A DNA stretch of 64,000 nucleotides from Squalus acanthias. Lineage: Eukaryota. Below, piece after piece: positions 37,675 to 50,700 of the stretch. Where the stretch lies: NCBI GenBank assembly GCA_030390025.1, contig CM059431.1:129086001-129150000 (forward strand), read 5' to 3'. Numbering within the stretch: the first letter of the stretch is position 1; each line of letters starts with the position of its first letter. Both the position numbers and the translations under genes were made by a program. The notes under the pieces are model-generated. The model made no database searches and was not told the origin of the DNA. It saw nothing but the letters and a program-made list of their open reading frames with translations.

Positions 37675-39640
37675 AAATTAAACAGCGATTTACTTGTATT
37701 TCTTTCAATTTAGTATACTGTATTCACTGCTCACGATGTGGTCTCCTCTATATTGGGGAGAGCAAACGCAGATTGGGTGATTGCTTTGCAGAACACCACC
37801 GTTTGGTCCACAAGAGTGACCCTGAGCTTCCAGTCGCTTGCCATTATAATTCTCTGCCAAACTCACACTCTGACCTCTCTGTCCTTGACCTCCTACACTG
37901 TTCTAATTGTAAGGGTTTGGGAATGTCTCTCAGTGACAGTGCTGGTGCGAGGTTAGGCCTTCGTTGCCTAATACTATTGCTTGCTCTGGTCTCCGGCCAG
38001 CCTTTTTGCAATAAGCACCTGTGAGTGGTTCGACCCACTCGCCCTTACGGTTCTAACACTGGACTTAGGTGCAGGGAGCAGTAATGCAGAGAAAACTCAA
38101 ATAGACCCGGTTGAATAGTACGAAATGGAAATCTTTATTGCATAGCATCCAAAATCATGAAGTACATGTCATAGGCGCAAATTAATGAGAGTACAAGTAT
38201 ACATACATTCATAAAGCTTGGTCTATGGAAATGAAGAACGCACGGCACATCATAAAAAGGGGAACACATTATACCTTAACCTTAATAAAACCACCCTCCC
38301 TTAACAATACCTACACTACGTCTAGATTTGTAGGATCGTAAAACATGCTCACCACTCGTGTTACTTCGGAGATTTTAAAATGAGGCACTCTGCTTGTTTC
38401 GCTGCAGCGCCTGACTGTCACGTGTTTGGAAGGGTCTCTGTACCCCACTTGTTTATTTTCGCTGCTGCGACAAGCAGGCCAGACTCCCTGTTGTCATGAA
38501 GAACTCGACAGAACTCGGAAACGTTTGTAAAATTCAAAGAAGAGTCTTCCTGTGCTCGACACCAGTTGTCGGTAGACTTCAATGAAAAGTTCTTTATTTA
38601 TATTTTCGGGCGCGGTCGGGGTTTACTGACCGTGGCGGCACGTGGATTCTTCTCCTCTTCTTCTCGTCTCATCTCGTCTCTTCAGGCCTCCGGGTCCAGA
38701 CACCGTTTACCGACACTCGGGATGGTGCACCCTGTTACTTGCCCTTGTCGGGGCGGCTCGTTCCGATTGAGCTCCACCCAACATCTGAATAACCGACCAG
38801 TGCGGCTAAAAGTCAAGAGTCAACAAAGTCCAGCCCTAAAGAAGAGCTTCAGCCAACGATCGAGCGAGTCAAGGGAATAAGAGACCGATGGACATTTGTT
38901 CACTGTAGTTATAGTGCTGTGTTCCCTTATCTCCCGCTCAAATCTTAATGTTTGTCCTTTGTGTAATATTGGCGCTCAAAACTCCCAGCATGGGGCGATT
39001 CTTCTCTTTAACGGGTTTCGGTAGCACCTGAAACTGGCCAACTACCCGTTAATGTTTTCCCCATTGTTGACCCAGCCAGGATGTGTACGAATCGTCTCCC
39101 TGACTGGTTTTGGGGGCCCCCGAATACTTGCTTAATCACCCGTCGATGTCTCTCTCATTGTAGAGCCGGGGGGGTATTTGTGTATTGATGTGTCTGGATG
39201 GGCCTTCGATTGCCCAGTACAATGATCCTTACTTGTGCATGGAAAATGATTCCAGCACTTATATCTTTGCTATTGTTCCAAATGCAAACAGGTTGCATCC
39301 TGTCTTAATCAATGTTTACCGAGTATGATCCAATCTTATATTGAATGTTTATTCGACGCCATCTTGTCTGCCCACTGTATTTCTGGAAGCTTCTGCCACG
39401 ATGCACGGCAGCCATTTTACAGGCTTCTGTGTCCTTTATTATCAGGACAGCATTTCGTTTAATAAAACTGATCAAACGAATCTGCTTCTCTTATGTTATT
39501 TTCGAATCGCGATAATTGCGAAACTTTACATAATGAAGCTCAACAAAGCTCGAGGTACAGCACCTCATCTTTCGATTAGGCATTTTACAGCCTTCTGGAC
39601 TCAACATTGAGTTCAACAATTTCAGATCATAACCACTGGT
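37675..39640 (+). mobile_element. Penelope-like GIY-YIG 3' fragment split by a solo LTR
   Basis: QRFTCISFNLVYCIHCSRCGLLYIGESKRRLGDCFAEH; LHCSN at 37907 rejoins EAQ...HLIFRLG-like sequence at 39535. Confidence 0.8.
37908..39530 (-). mobile_element. Solo LTR (1623 bp), same family as the 14213-26339 element
   Basis: TGTAA...TTACA; TSD TAAT (37904-37907, 39531-39534); colinear with 14213-15878 apart from indels in the middle. Confidence 0.95.
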
Positions 39641-40298
39641 CCTATTTTTTCAAACAGCAGTTGCCGGTAGTGATTGTGCTTTTGTCATTTGCAGTTCCTC
39701 TGGACCCATCTTCTGTTTCTTTTATTGTCCCTTTACCACTCCCTTTTGCCTTGCACCATTATCCCTTTTGTCATTTAATTACTCCTTCCTTCCACCCTAT
39801 CACAGACCTTCCCTTTTGTTCTTTCCGCCAGTGCAGGACATTCTGAGGGGGGGAGGGTGAACTGCCAGAGGTCGTGGTCCATATCGGTATCAACGATACA
39901 GGTAGAAAGAGGGATGAGGTCCTTCAGGCAGATTTTAGGGAGCTAGGAAAGAGATTAGAAAGCAGGACCTCAAAGGTAACAATCTCTGGATTACTCCCAG
40001 TGCCACAAGCTAGTGAGTATAGAAATAGGAGGATAGAGCAGATGAATGCGTGGCTGGCGAGATGGTGCAGGAGGGAGGGTTTCAGATTCCTGGGGAATTG
40101 GGACCGCTTCTGGGGGAGGTGGGACCTGTACAGGCCATACGGGTTGCACCTCAACAGAGCTGGGACCAATATCTTTGCGGGGTGTGGGGGGGGGGGGGTG
40201 GCGGTTGTGGTGGGGGTTGCTAGTGCTGTTGGGGAAGGTTTAAACTAATTTGGCAGGGGGATGGGCACCAGGATGTAGCATCAGAAAGGAGAAACAAG

Positions 40299-40700
40299 GG
40301 GCTGGATTTTCATTGACCCGTGGAGGTGGGTTTGGAGGCGTGTGGGGGGTTAAAATTGCGAAAACTGGCAGGCGGGCACAAGTCTGCCTCTATCCCGCCT
40401 CCACGCAATTTTCATTAAATCGTGTCTGCTGGTCCCGACTCCGTCCCGGGATTGGCTGTTAAGGCCCTTAACAAGCACTAAATTGCCTCTATAATGCCAT
40501 TTTGAAAGGCCTTTGTGATTTTAACCCTTGTTCTACGTGAAGCACGGCCTGTTCTGAAGCACGAATGTGAAACCTGGTGGGAGCACATTTCGAAAGCTGA
40601 CTATCAGCTGCAGGTCCACTATTACAATGGAAAAGTAGTAGTAGGAAAAATATCTGGGAGCAGACCTAGGGCGGCTGCTGCTGCTCATATTTTTCTCTCT

Positions 40701-40739
<39 letters not shown>

Positions 40740-41007
40740 TAGAGCTGCTGCTCATTTTGCATCCAGGTCCTCTCACAGCAAAGGCCAGGCAGTCTCTGAA
40801 GACCTTCAATGCAGCAGCAATGATGACATCATCAAAGGTGACTTTCAGACTCAAAACATTAATTGGTTCATGGGTTCCCACATGCTGAACTCAATTGCCC
40901 AATTAGGTGAAAATTGCATCAATCTCCCACATCCAATTGCAGTCGGGTGGATAACACGAAAAGCAGATGACACGACCCCAACCCGCCCCAGTATCAAAAT
41001 CCAGCCC
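40299..41007. mobile_element. Harbinger-type MITE
   Basis: TIR GGGCTGGATTTT / AAAATCCAGCCC; TSD AAG/AAT; internal (CT)n. Confidence 0.75.
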
Positions 41008-41261
41008 AATGTGTACTAAGGATTGGGAGAGACAGATAGCACTAGAGTAAGAAAAAGTACGGTATTAGAGGTGGGGTCAGACTAAGAGAGAATACAAGAA
41101 GGTCTAAGAGAGGTTTACAGTGCATGTGTGTAAACACACGAAGCGTGGTAAATAAGGTTGATGAGCTGCAGGCGCAAATAGCCACATGGGAATATGATGT
41201 TGTGGCGATAATGGAGAGCTGGTGCAAAAAAGGGCAGAATTAGGTACTAAATATTCCGAGG

Positions 41262-42140
41262 TGGGGAGAAATTTGGTATCGCCCCGTTTGGGGCACAATT
41301 ATCGGCCGGGTGCAAAGTTTAGCACCTGGCACTAATCATCGCCTCCGACTGCAAACTTGGCTTCTATCGCCCCGGAGGTGATTGGAGCACTAAATCAGGT
41401 ACTACACACCTCTCTTAAGGTGCAAATGCCGAGAAGCGAGGTGCTACCTCAGAGCACTGGCGAAGCTCATGTGATGTCAGTCAGCAATGGAACAGAGACA
41501 CACTGGCGCCGGCCAGTTCTTAAAGGGGTGGGTCAATCTTGCTCTCCATCCACACCCTGCTCATTGCAGCCTTGAATCTCGGCCTGAAGAAACCTGTACA
41601 TCAAATCTACTGGAAAGAACAATGGAGAGAACCAGGGAAAGATCTCAGAGTGCAGCCCCCACAATCTCTTCTAAATCGATACAAGGAAGGGCAAATCAAA
41701 ATGAACCTGCAAGGTGCTGCTCAGTACCCAAAACTCTTTCACACAGCGTTGAATCTCTCCAGAAGTCTCTCTCTCTCTCTCAGAATGCGTGGTGCAAAAA
41801 TGTCGCCGACAAAAAAAGGCAGGAAGCGGTCGCCTTTAAATAGCGCTCCCCCAGTCCCTTCCCGACTGCAAAACGCTCCCCTCAACCTGTCATTGCTAAA
41901 GGCAGGTGGCGCCACTCAATATCCGCTCTGGGGCGCTACCGGGGCGTTGCACACTCGACTGATGTCACGATCTGCCGGCGCTGGAGATCATGGCGGTAGT
42001 GTTTAGCGCCGCTGCAAAATGTCTAGTTAATTTCGTGAGCGGCGCAAACATCACCGTGCACGGGCGCTAGTTGCTTTGCGCCCCATTAGCGCACTCTTAA
42101 GGTGCTAACGGGAGGCACAAACCAACTGAATTTTTCCCCC
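41262..42140. mobile_element. Non-autonomous Harbinger sharing both ends with the 29747-33958 element
   Basis: Starts ggggagaaatttggtatcgccccgtttgggg, ends aaccaactgaatttttccccc; second copy at 58836-59730; no clean TSD. Confidence 0.85.
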
Positions 42141-45100
42141 AAAAGAATATTAATCATGGGGGATTTCAACTACCCCGATATTAATTAGACAAAAGAGGGG
42201 ATAAGGGAATGGAGTTCCAACAATGTGTACAGGACTCCTTTCTAACCCAATATGTAAAAAGCCCAACAAGGGAGGATTCGCTATTGGATCTAGTAATGGG
42301 GAATGAACCAGAGCAGATAAGAGAAGTAAAAGTAGGGGAACATCTGGGCAAATAGTGGCCATAATATAACACGCTTTAAGATGATAATTGAGAAGGACAT
42401 AAGTATGATGTAAAATTGGTAAAATAAAGTAAGATTTGTAAAAAGCTGATTTTGAGGGGCTGAGAATAGAACTTGGGGAAAAAATGGGCAACAATATTGG
42501 CAAACAACGATGTAGAATAGCAATGGGAAACATTTAAAACGGTGTTCAACAGAGTGCAGGAAAAATATATTCTGCTATAAGGAAAGAACAAACTAAACAA
42601 TAATGAGACTCCATGGATGAATAAAGCCATAAGGGAACAATTGAGGCTAAGGAAAGAGTCATATATTAAGTACATAGACAGCAGGAGACTGCATGATAAG
42701 GGAGAATACGAAAAGATTAGGAGAGAAGTCAAAAAAACAATTAGGGAGGCAAAGAGGAACTATGAAATTAAATTATCAAGGAACATAAAACAATATAGTA
42801 AAATAGTTTATAGGCACATCAATAAAAAAGGATGGTTGGGATGGGAATAGGGCCATTAAGGGATAAACAGGATAATATCATAGGTAACGATAGTGCGATG
42901 GCAGAAATATTAAATAATTATTTTGCTTCAGTATTTACCAGGGAGGTAGAACAGGTGGACATGACATTGAATAATGAGATTAGTAATGAGATAAGTGCAT
43001 TTAAAATAAAAAAGGGGATATATTAAATAAACTAATCAAACTCAAAAAGGATGAAACCCCTGGTCCGGATGGATTGCATCCACGCATTTTAAAAGAATCT
43101 AGTGAAAAGAAAGAAGAGGCATTACTATGCATATTTAATAATTTGTTCGAAAAAGGTGTAGTGCCAGAGGACTGGCGGAAAGCTAACATAATACCTATAT
43201 TTAAGAAGGGGAATAGAACATGTCCAGGGAATTATAGACCAGTCAGCTTAACATTAGTGGTAGGAAAAATAATGGAATCCCTACTAAAGGAGAAAATAGA
43301 AGAACATCTAGAAATCAAAAATATAATAATGAATAGTCAGCATGGATTTCAAAAGGGAAAGTCTTGCTTGACCAACCTCATTGAATTTTTTGAAGAGGTA
43401 ACAGAGAAAGTAGACAATGATAATGCGGTAGATGTAATTTATCTGGATTTTCAAAAGCCCTTCGATAAGGTACCCCATAATAGACTGATGAATAAGGTCA
43501 GAGAATGCTGAGTCAGGGGACAAGTAGCAAAATGGATAGCTGGCTGGTTTCAGGACAGAAAGCAGAGAGTAGGAGTAAAAGATAGCTATTCAAATTGGCA
43601 GAAGGTGGGTAGTGCTGTAGTGGTGTTCCACAAGGATCAGTGCTGGGACCACTGTTGTTCACAATTTATATTAACGATTTAGACTTTGGAATCAAAAACA
43701 CAATTTCTAAATTTGCAGATGACACCAAAATGGGGGGGGTAGTCAATACTGAGGATGACTGCAACAAATTACAGGAGGACATTAATAAACTTGCAGAATG
43801 GGCATATAATTGGCAAATGAAGTTCAACACAAATAAATGTGAGGCATTACATTTTGGTAGGAAAAATAGGGAGGTCACTTATCACTTGGAGGGTGCGAGT
43901 TTAGGTGGGGTAGAGGAACAAAGGGATCTCGGAGTACAAATACACAAAACACTAAAAGTTGCGACACTGTTTAGCAAGGCCATAAAAAAAGCAAACCAAA
44001 CACTAGGGTTTATTTCTAGAGGTATAGAATTGAAAAGTAGGGAAGTTATGCTAAACCTGTATCGAACCTTGGTTAGACCACACTTAGAGTACGGTGTACA
44101 GTTCTGGTTGCCATGTTATAAAAAGGACATAGAAGCACTGGAGAGGGTGCAGAGAAGATTTACAAGGATGATACTAGAAATGCGAGGGTATACATATCAG
44201 TAAAGGATGAACAGGCTGGGTCTCTTTTCTCTTGAAAAAAGAAGGCTGAGGGGTGACCTAATAGAGGTCTTTAAAATTATGAAAGGTTTTGATAGAGTAG
44301 ATACAGAGAGAGTGTTTCCACTTGTGGGGAAGAGCATAACTAGAGGCCATCAATATAAGGTAGTCACCAAGAAATCCAATCGGGAATTCTGAAGAAACAT
44401 CTTTACCCAAAGAGTGATGAGAATGTGGAACTCACTACCACAGGGAGTGGTTGAAGCGAATAGTATAGATGCATTTAAGGGGAGGCTAGACAAGCATATG
44501 CGGGAGAAGGGAATAGAGGGTTATGCTGATAGATTTAGATGAGGAAAGACGGGAGGAGGCTCGTGTGGAGCATAAATGCCAGCATGGACAGGTTGGGCTG
44601 AATGGCCTGTTTCTGTGCTGTATATCCTAAGTAATCTTATGTAATCCTATGTAAAAGGAAAATTTGCAGGGCTATGGGAAAGAGCAGGGGAGTGGGACTA
44701 ATTGGATAGCTGTTTCAAAGAGCCAGCATAGGCACGATGGGCCAAATGGCCTCCTTCTATGCTGTATGATTCTATGAACACAGAAAGTTGTCATTTCATC
44801 CAAACTACAGAAAATTGACGATACCTAATTTGTAATATACATACGCCTCTCAAAATTGATTGACACTTTGCAAGGGACTTGTTTTACCCAATTAATCATT
44901 CTTAACTGGACACTAAGGTTTGTACCTGGAAACAGGGTCTGTCAGTGAAATTTAGATATAAAAAGGTCTATTCTTTTTCCCCAGCCCAATCTGTCAGCTA
45001 AGGCAGAAGTCAGCAAGTCAGTCAGCCTCCAGAGTAAGCAGACCATTAGCAATTGCAAGCAGTCAGGTTAATCAAACACAGATTCAGGCAACACCAAGTT

Positions 45101-46855
45101 GAAACAGCCTACAGTCGGTAGGGTCAAGCCAGAAAGGAAAGCTTAAAGACCATAGAGCTGAGGTTGTAAGGTGAATAGAGGTTCTCTATTCAGCTGACAA
45201 AAATAAAATAGAAGTATAGCATGACAGTATTTAATCTCATGTCTCTGAGCACGGTGTGAGGTTTAGGCATAGTGCCACAGTATCAAGAAAGCATTTGCCA
45301 GTTACCTGAGGCAGGAAGAAACAAAGATGAAGCAGAGAGATGTCTACAGATGGTGAAGCACCACAGGTCTCCACAGAACCAATCTGTCAAAGGACCAAAT
45401 GATTATTGGGTTTAGTAAATCATACAGTGACCTCAGATTGAACCTTTCTCAACTACGACTGAAGCACAGTATGATTTAAAGTTCATTTGCACTAGTCAGA
45501 TGCTTTGGTGATTTATTAATCTTTACCTAAATGCACAATAGCATTATCGACTTTAAACTAAATGTGTAACATAATGCTGATTGTAAGCTTATTGCTAATT
45601 GAATGCCTGCACCAAACTAAATGTTTCACAAATGCTTTCTGTAAATGGAAGGCCTAACTAAATGCTTCTTGTTATACTGACGCTTTATCTTATTAAAATA
45701 TTAGCTGTGTTAACATAGCTGTTGATTAATGTTAGTATAGTTATGTCTTTGTCTGACTTTATCTTTAATAACTCTAGAAAATTATTCTGGACTGGTTATG
45801 TAAGATGGTTCAGAGCAAGATGAATTGGCATTTATAAACCTTAGATATAGATGGTAGAAATCTGATCTACTTTGTGTGTACATGGGAGGAGAAAGGACAA
45901 AGGTTGTTCTAATACCTTGGTGTATTCAGACCAAACATTGGAAGTTCCAAAAGTTTATTCGAAATGCACAAGATGCATTCTATCATCTACACTGTTACCT
46001 CACAGGGTGGGGGTAGACAATAATATTGTGCAGGTGAAGGGATGCAATCTTGTTGACAGATAGGATGTGGAGTTTAAAACTCATCTCAGAATTGAACAGG
46101 ATACTCAGATTGGATCCGATCGAATTTCTAGACCATCCAGTCGACATGACATAATTTCCGACAGGGAGGAATAGACATTATAAAGATTAAACTTTGACCT
46201 CTCTGTTAGTTGCTACATATTTAGGCACTTGAAAAATATTTTCCTATTTATGTGTATCTATAATATTTAACACTAACTAAGGTTACTCGACTGATACAAA
46301 TGTCACAAGAGTACATGGGGTAAATAGAAACTGTTTACATAGTTATTTGTCTAGTTGCACATTTACAAATATTTCAAGTATATATCCTAGCCCTGTATTT
46401 TTCATAAACGTATATGTTTTTATAAATATGCAATTCAGTGTATAATTATAATGTAAAATAAATAATTTTATGGTTTAAGGCAAAGTTTATTTTTACATTG
46501 ACTGCTTTAAAACATATATGTAAGGTTTAAAACTTCTTCAACATCAAACTATATCAAATCATTTAAAGTCCCCACAAATTCTGATTGACACAAATGCTCA
46601 TAACAGGCTTGTGGTATCAGCTAATCGGAAAACAGCAGCTGGCTCCTTTTAAAAACAGATTATTATCATATTAGCTGTGCTGACAAAGAGCATACTGATT
46701 TGTTACTACCCAACAGGAGCCATTCACATCTTAAATTACAGTCTGATGTTGCACAGCGATCTCTAATATGACGCGAGATATGCCTGAAAGTCTTCTCACT
46801 GCAATCAGATACTTCCTTCTGGGGCCTGTGTGTGTGACTAGGAATTAGAGACAAT

Positions 46856-47585
46856 GGCCCAGAAATTGATCTCGCTCTGTTCCCGCGGGGGTAAGGCTTC
46901 CCCGCGATCTCTCACCTCGCTTGTGCTTTTTCAGATCCAGCTCGCATGAACTTGATGTTCCAGACATCAGCTGTGCTGGGCTTGCGTATCCCAGCGGCGT
47001 AGTGAATTTGTGCGAGCTGTGGAATCACGTGACTCAGTTAGAGCCAATCTTCCATTCATAAGTTTCACATACATGCTGTGAAATCTATGAATCTTACACC
47101 CCCCCAAAATAACAGCTAAACCTCAATTAAATTTAAAAAAAAACCATCACATTAATAAAATAAGTATAGTTAATTAAATTAACCATTTTAAATAAAAAAT
47201 TAAATTTTTGAAAAAATTTAAAATCTTTTAAAAAGTTATAAAAATAAACTTACCTGTCTTTAAAGTCTCTAAAAAAGATATACCTGTTAAAAAAAATTCA
47301 AAAAAATACTTAATTCACTACTTACCTTCTTAAAAGTGGGTCTTACTCCTCCTTTTTACATTTCTAAAATCTTCAGTACTTACCTGCGCGTCCAAAGCAT
47401 GAAGTGCACAGCGTGCGCGCAGCCTGTAGCGCGCACGCGATGCACCGAGGAACCGCCCCCTTTTCCAAAGAGCAATTGCCGGTTTTCAGCGCATGCGCAG
47501 GGCATGCAGAAAACCGGCAATTGGAGTGGGAATACGCGAGAGTACGCAGTGCGTACTCTCGCGTCGCGGGATCAATTTCTGGGCC
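46856..47585. mobile_element. MITE with 16-bp perfect TIR and AT-rich core
   Basis: GGCCCAGAAATTGATC / GATCAATTTCTGGGCC; flanks AAT/ATT. Confidence 0.85.
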
Positions 47586-47799
47586 ATTGGCACGGATGAG
47601 AATCTATGAATGTTTTACAAAAGATCATTTTATATGTAGGAAACTAAAGCCAATGATGAGAAAAAGGTGGAGGAAAAATGTTATTGAACAAGCTGAACGT
47701 ACTCCAGTTCACAGTGAGATCTGTCCAATACTGCATTGGCTGCACTCTAATAGCTTAACAATACACAGAATTCACTGTTAGTGTGATGACACAATGGAA

Positions 47800-50700
47800 T
47801 TGATTTTGGTATAGAGTGCAGATTGGGTGTGCAGTGGGCAGGACGCCTGATTGATTTTGGTAGCCGGGCCTCGTTTAAATAGAGCAGATGAACTGCCAAT
47901 GCTAATCATACTGCTTATAGGTAGATCGCCATTTCGGAGGGCTGGAAATTTGATGGGCCTGCCACCACTTAAAGGCAACAGGCAGCTCTAAAAGGGAAGA
48001 TGCACTTTTCAAAAGTGCTCAATGGACAGTGCATTACTGAGACAGCAGGTAGCATGACATCGGCCAGAACACCCTGATTCTACAATGCAGCCATGGAGGT
48101 CCTCATGGAGCAAGTGAGGAATAGGAAGGTGCTACTATTTCCTTCAGATGAGAAACGAGTGCCCTAGAGAATTATTCAGCAGCAATGGGGAGAGGTGTCT
48201 GGGTAGGTCAATGCCAGCAGCATAGTTCCTAAGACCTGGCTGCAGTGCATGAAGGAATTTAGTGACCATACCAGAATTGTTAAGGTAAGACTCATTTTCA
48301 CATAATTCTTACTCTCTACATAACTCTGCAAACCAGACTTTGACCCCAGCATGAGCAATCCCTCCCGTCCCTGCTTCACAAGCCTCTCGTCCAATATCAA
48401 CAGGACACTTCACTGTACTTCCTTCTGCTTGCACTAAACACTCAACACCTGCTACTGCCCTCACAATGACTTCCTCCTCTTGCCCACACTCACTGCTTCA
48501 TCCTCTCAGCACGTGCACTAAGCTGTTTCATGCATCTTCAGAATCCTTCAACAGGCCACACACTAACCCACTCCCATTCTTTTTGCAGGAGCAGAGACAC
48601 ACAATTGGAGGAAGACCTCAAGAACAGGAAAAGGTCCCACTAGATTACAAACTTGACTCCAATGGAAGAAAATACCATTGTCATCACTGAGGGATGACAC
48701 ACAGCATTGGCGATGGAGAGGCTCAAGGCCAATCACAGCAGGGTGTTTGGGCATCTTCCATTCCTTTTATCTTTCCACTTAACTCTTTAGCTCACAAACA
48801 CAGCATGACAGCCTAGGGCTATATTGTATTGCCACTCATCTGCTATTACTTATCCTTGCCATTTTTTGCTAGCCCTTTTTCCTCTATCCTTTTCTAGGTT
48901 CTTTCAATGATTTTGGTCCTGCAGCCATACTGATGGAGGGAGACAACACTCCTAAAGAAGTACTGTCATTCACTCTGATCCTAACAAGCACCAGTACAAA
49001 GATTGCCACCCCACATCGTATAGATAGTGAGTTAGATAGCCCTGCACAGGATGATTTACGGAGCACAAGTTAGTAGGTGCAGGTGGAAAGGTAAGCCCAG
49101 GAAATCTCTCACTGGACGTCAAGCTCGGGGACTAACTCTGCTGAAGAGGACAGAGATGCAGACTTTAGAGGACCAGTCTTCAAAAAGAAAATACTTTCTG
49201 TACACCAGCAATTGCTGAAGCATTGAACTGCCTGCCAGGGAGCTATCGGAGATGATGAAGGAGTCTACTATTAACTTGTGTAAGGTTTTTTTTGTTGCTG
49301 TTGTTCTGGTGCATGACATCAACACTCTGCAGTCAACCAGAGAGCCTGTGGTCACCTCAATAGACAATGCATCTGGGGCTTTGCAGGAGGCTGTGACACT
49401 AGTAGTAGTATCTCTCTAGGACCATGCAGCCCATGGGCTGAAATCATCTACTCCATGTTGGACAGGCTGGAAGACAACAACAACAACTTATATTTATATA
49501 GCACCATTAACTTTGCAAAACATCCCAAGGCGCTACACAGGAGTATTATAAGACAAAAACTTTGACACCGAGCCACATAAGGAGAAATTAGGGCAGGTGA
49601 CCAAAAGCTTGGTCAAAGAGGTAGGTTTTAAGGAGCGTCTTAAAAGAGGAAAGAGAGGTAACGAGGCGGAGAGGTTTAAACATAGAAACATAGAAACATA
49701 GAAGATAGGAGCAGGAGCAGGCCATTCAGCCCCTCGAGCCTGCTCCGCCATTCAATGAGATCATGGCTGATCATCCAAATTCAGTACCCTGTCCCTGCCT
49801 TCTCTCCATATCCCTTGATCCCTTTAGTTTTAAGAAATATATCTAACTCCTTCTTGAATATGTTTAATGAATTGGCCTCTACTGCCTTCTGTGGTAGAGA
49901 ATTTCACAGGTTCACCACCCTCTGGGTGAAGAAATTCCTCCTCATCTCAGTCCTAAATGGCTTATCCCTTATCCTTAGACTATGACCCCTGGTTCTGGAC
50001 TCCCCGGCCATCGGGAACATCCTTCCTGCATCTAGTCTGTCTAGTCCTGTTAGAATTTTATAAGTTTCAATGAGATCCCCTCTCATTCTTCTAAACTCCA
50101 GTGAGTATAAGCCCAATCGACCCAATCTCTCCTCATACGCCATTCCTGCCATCCCGGGTATCAGCCTGGTGAATCTTCGCTGCACTCCCTCCATGGCAGG
50201 GAATTCCAAAGCTTAGGGCCTAGGCAACAGAACGCACGGCCACCAATGGTTGAGTGATTATAATCGGGGATGCTCAGGAGGGCAGAATTAGAGGAGCACA
50301 GATATCTCGGGGGGTTGTGGGGCTGAAGGAGATTACAGAGATAGGAAGGGGTGAGGCCATGGAGGGATTTGAAAACAAGGATGAGAATTTTGAAATCGAG
50401 GCGCTGCTTAATCGGGAGCCAATGTCGGTCAGTGAGCACAGGGGCAATGGGCGAACGGGACTTGGTACGAGTTAGGACACAGGCAGCCGAGTTTTGGATG
50501 ACCTCAAGTTTACGTAGGGTAGAATGTGGGAGGCCAGCCAGGAGTGCATTGGAATAGTCAAGTCTAGAGGTAACAAAGGCATGGATGATGGTTTCAGCAG
50601 CGGATGAGCTAAGGCAAGGGCAGAGATGGACGATGTTACGTAGGTGGAAATAGGCGGTCCTTGTTATGCTGCAGATATGTGGTCAGAAGCTCATTTCAGG

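Larger units (their letters stand above)
39831..44653 (+). mobile_element. CR1 LINE sequence (ORF1 esterase-like 3' part, ORF2 remnants) interrupted by two MITEs; possibly two abutting copies
   Basis: VVHIGINDTGRK...GLHLNRAG (SGNH/esterase ORF1); CMCVNTRSVVNK; MGDFNYPDI; SKFADDTK; tail at 44625-44653. Confidence 0.88.

Noticed and set aside
44870..45760. Possible old solo LTR
   Set aside because: Could not define TG...CA ends or a TSD.
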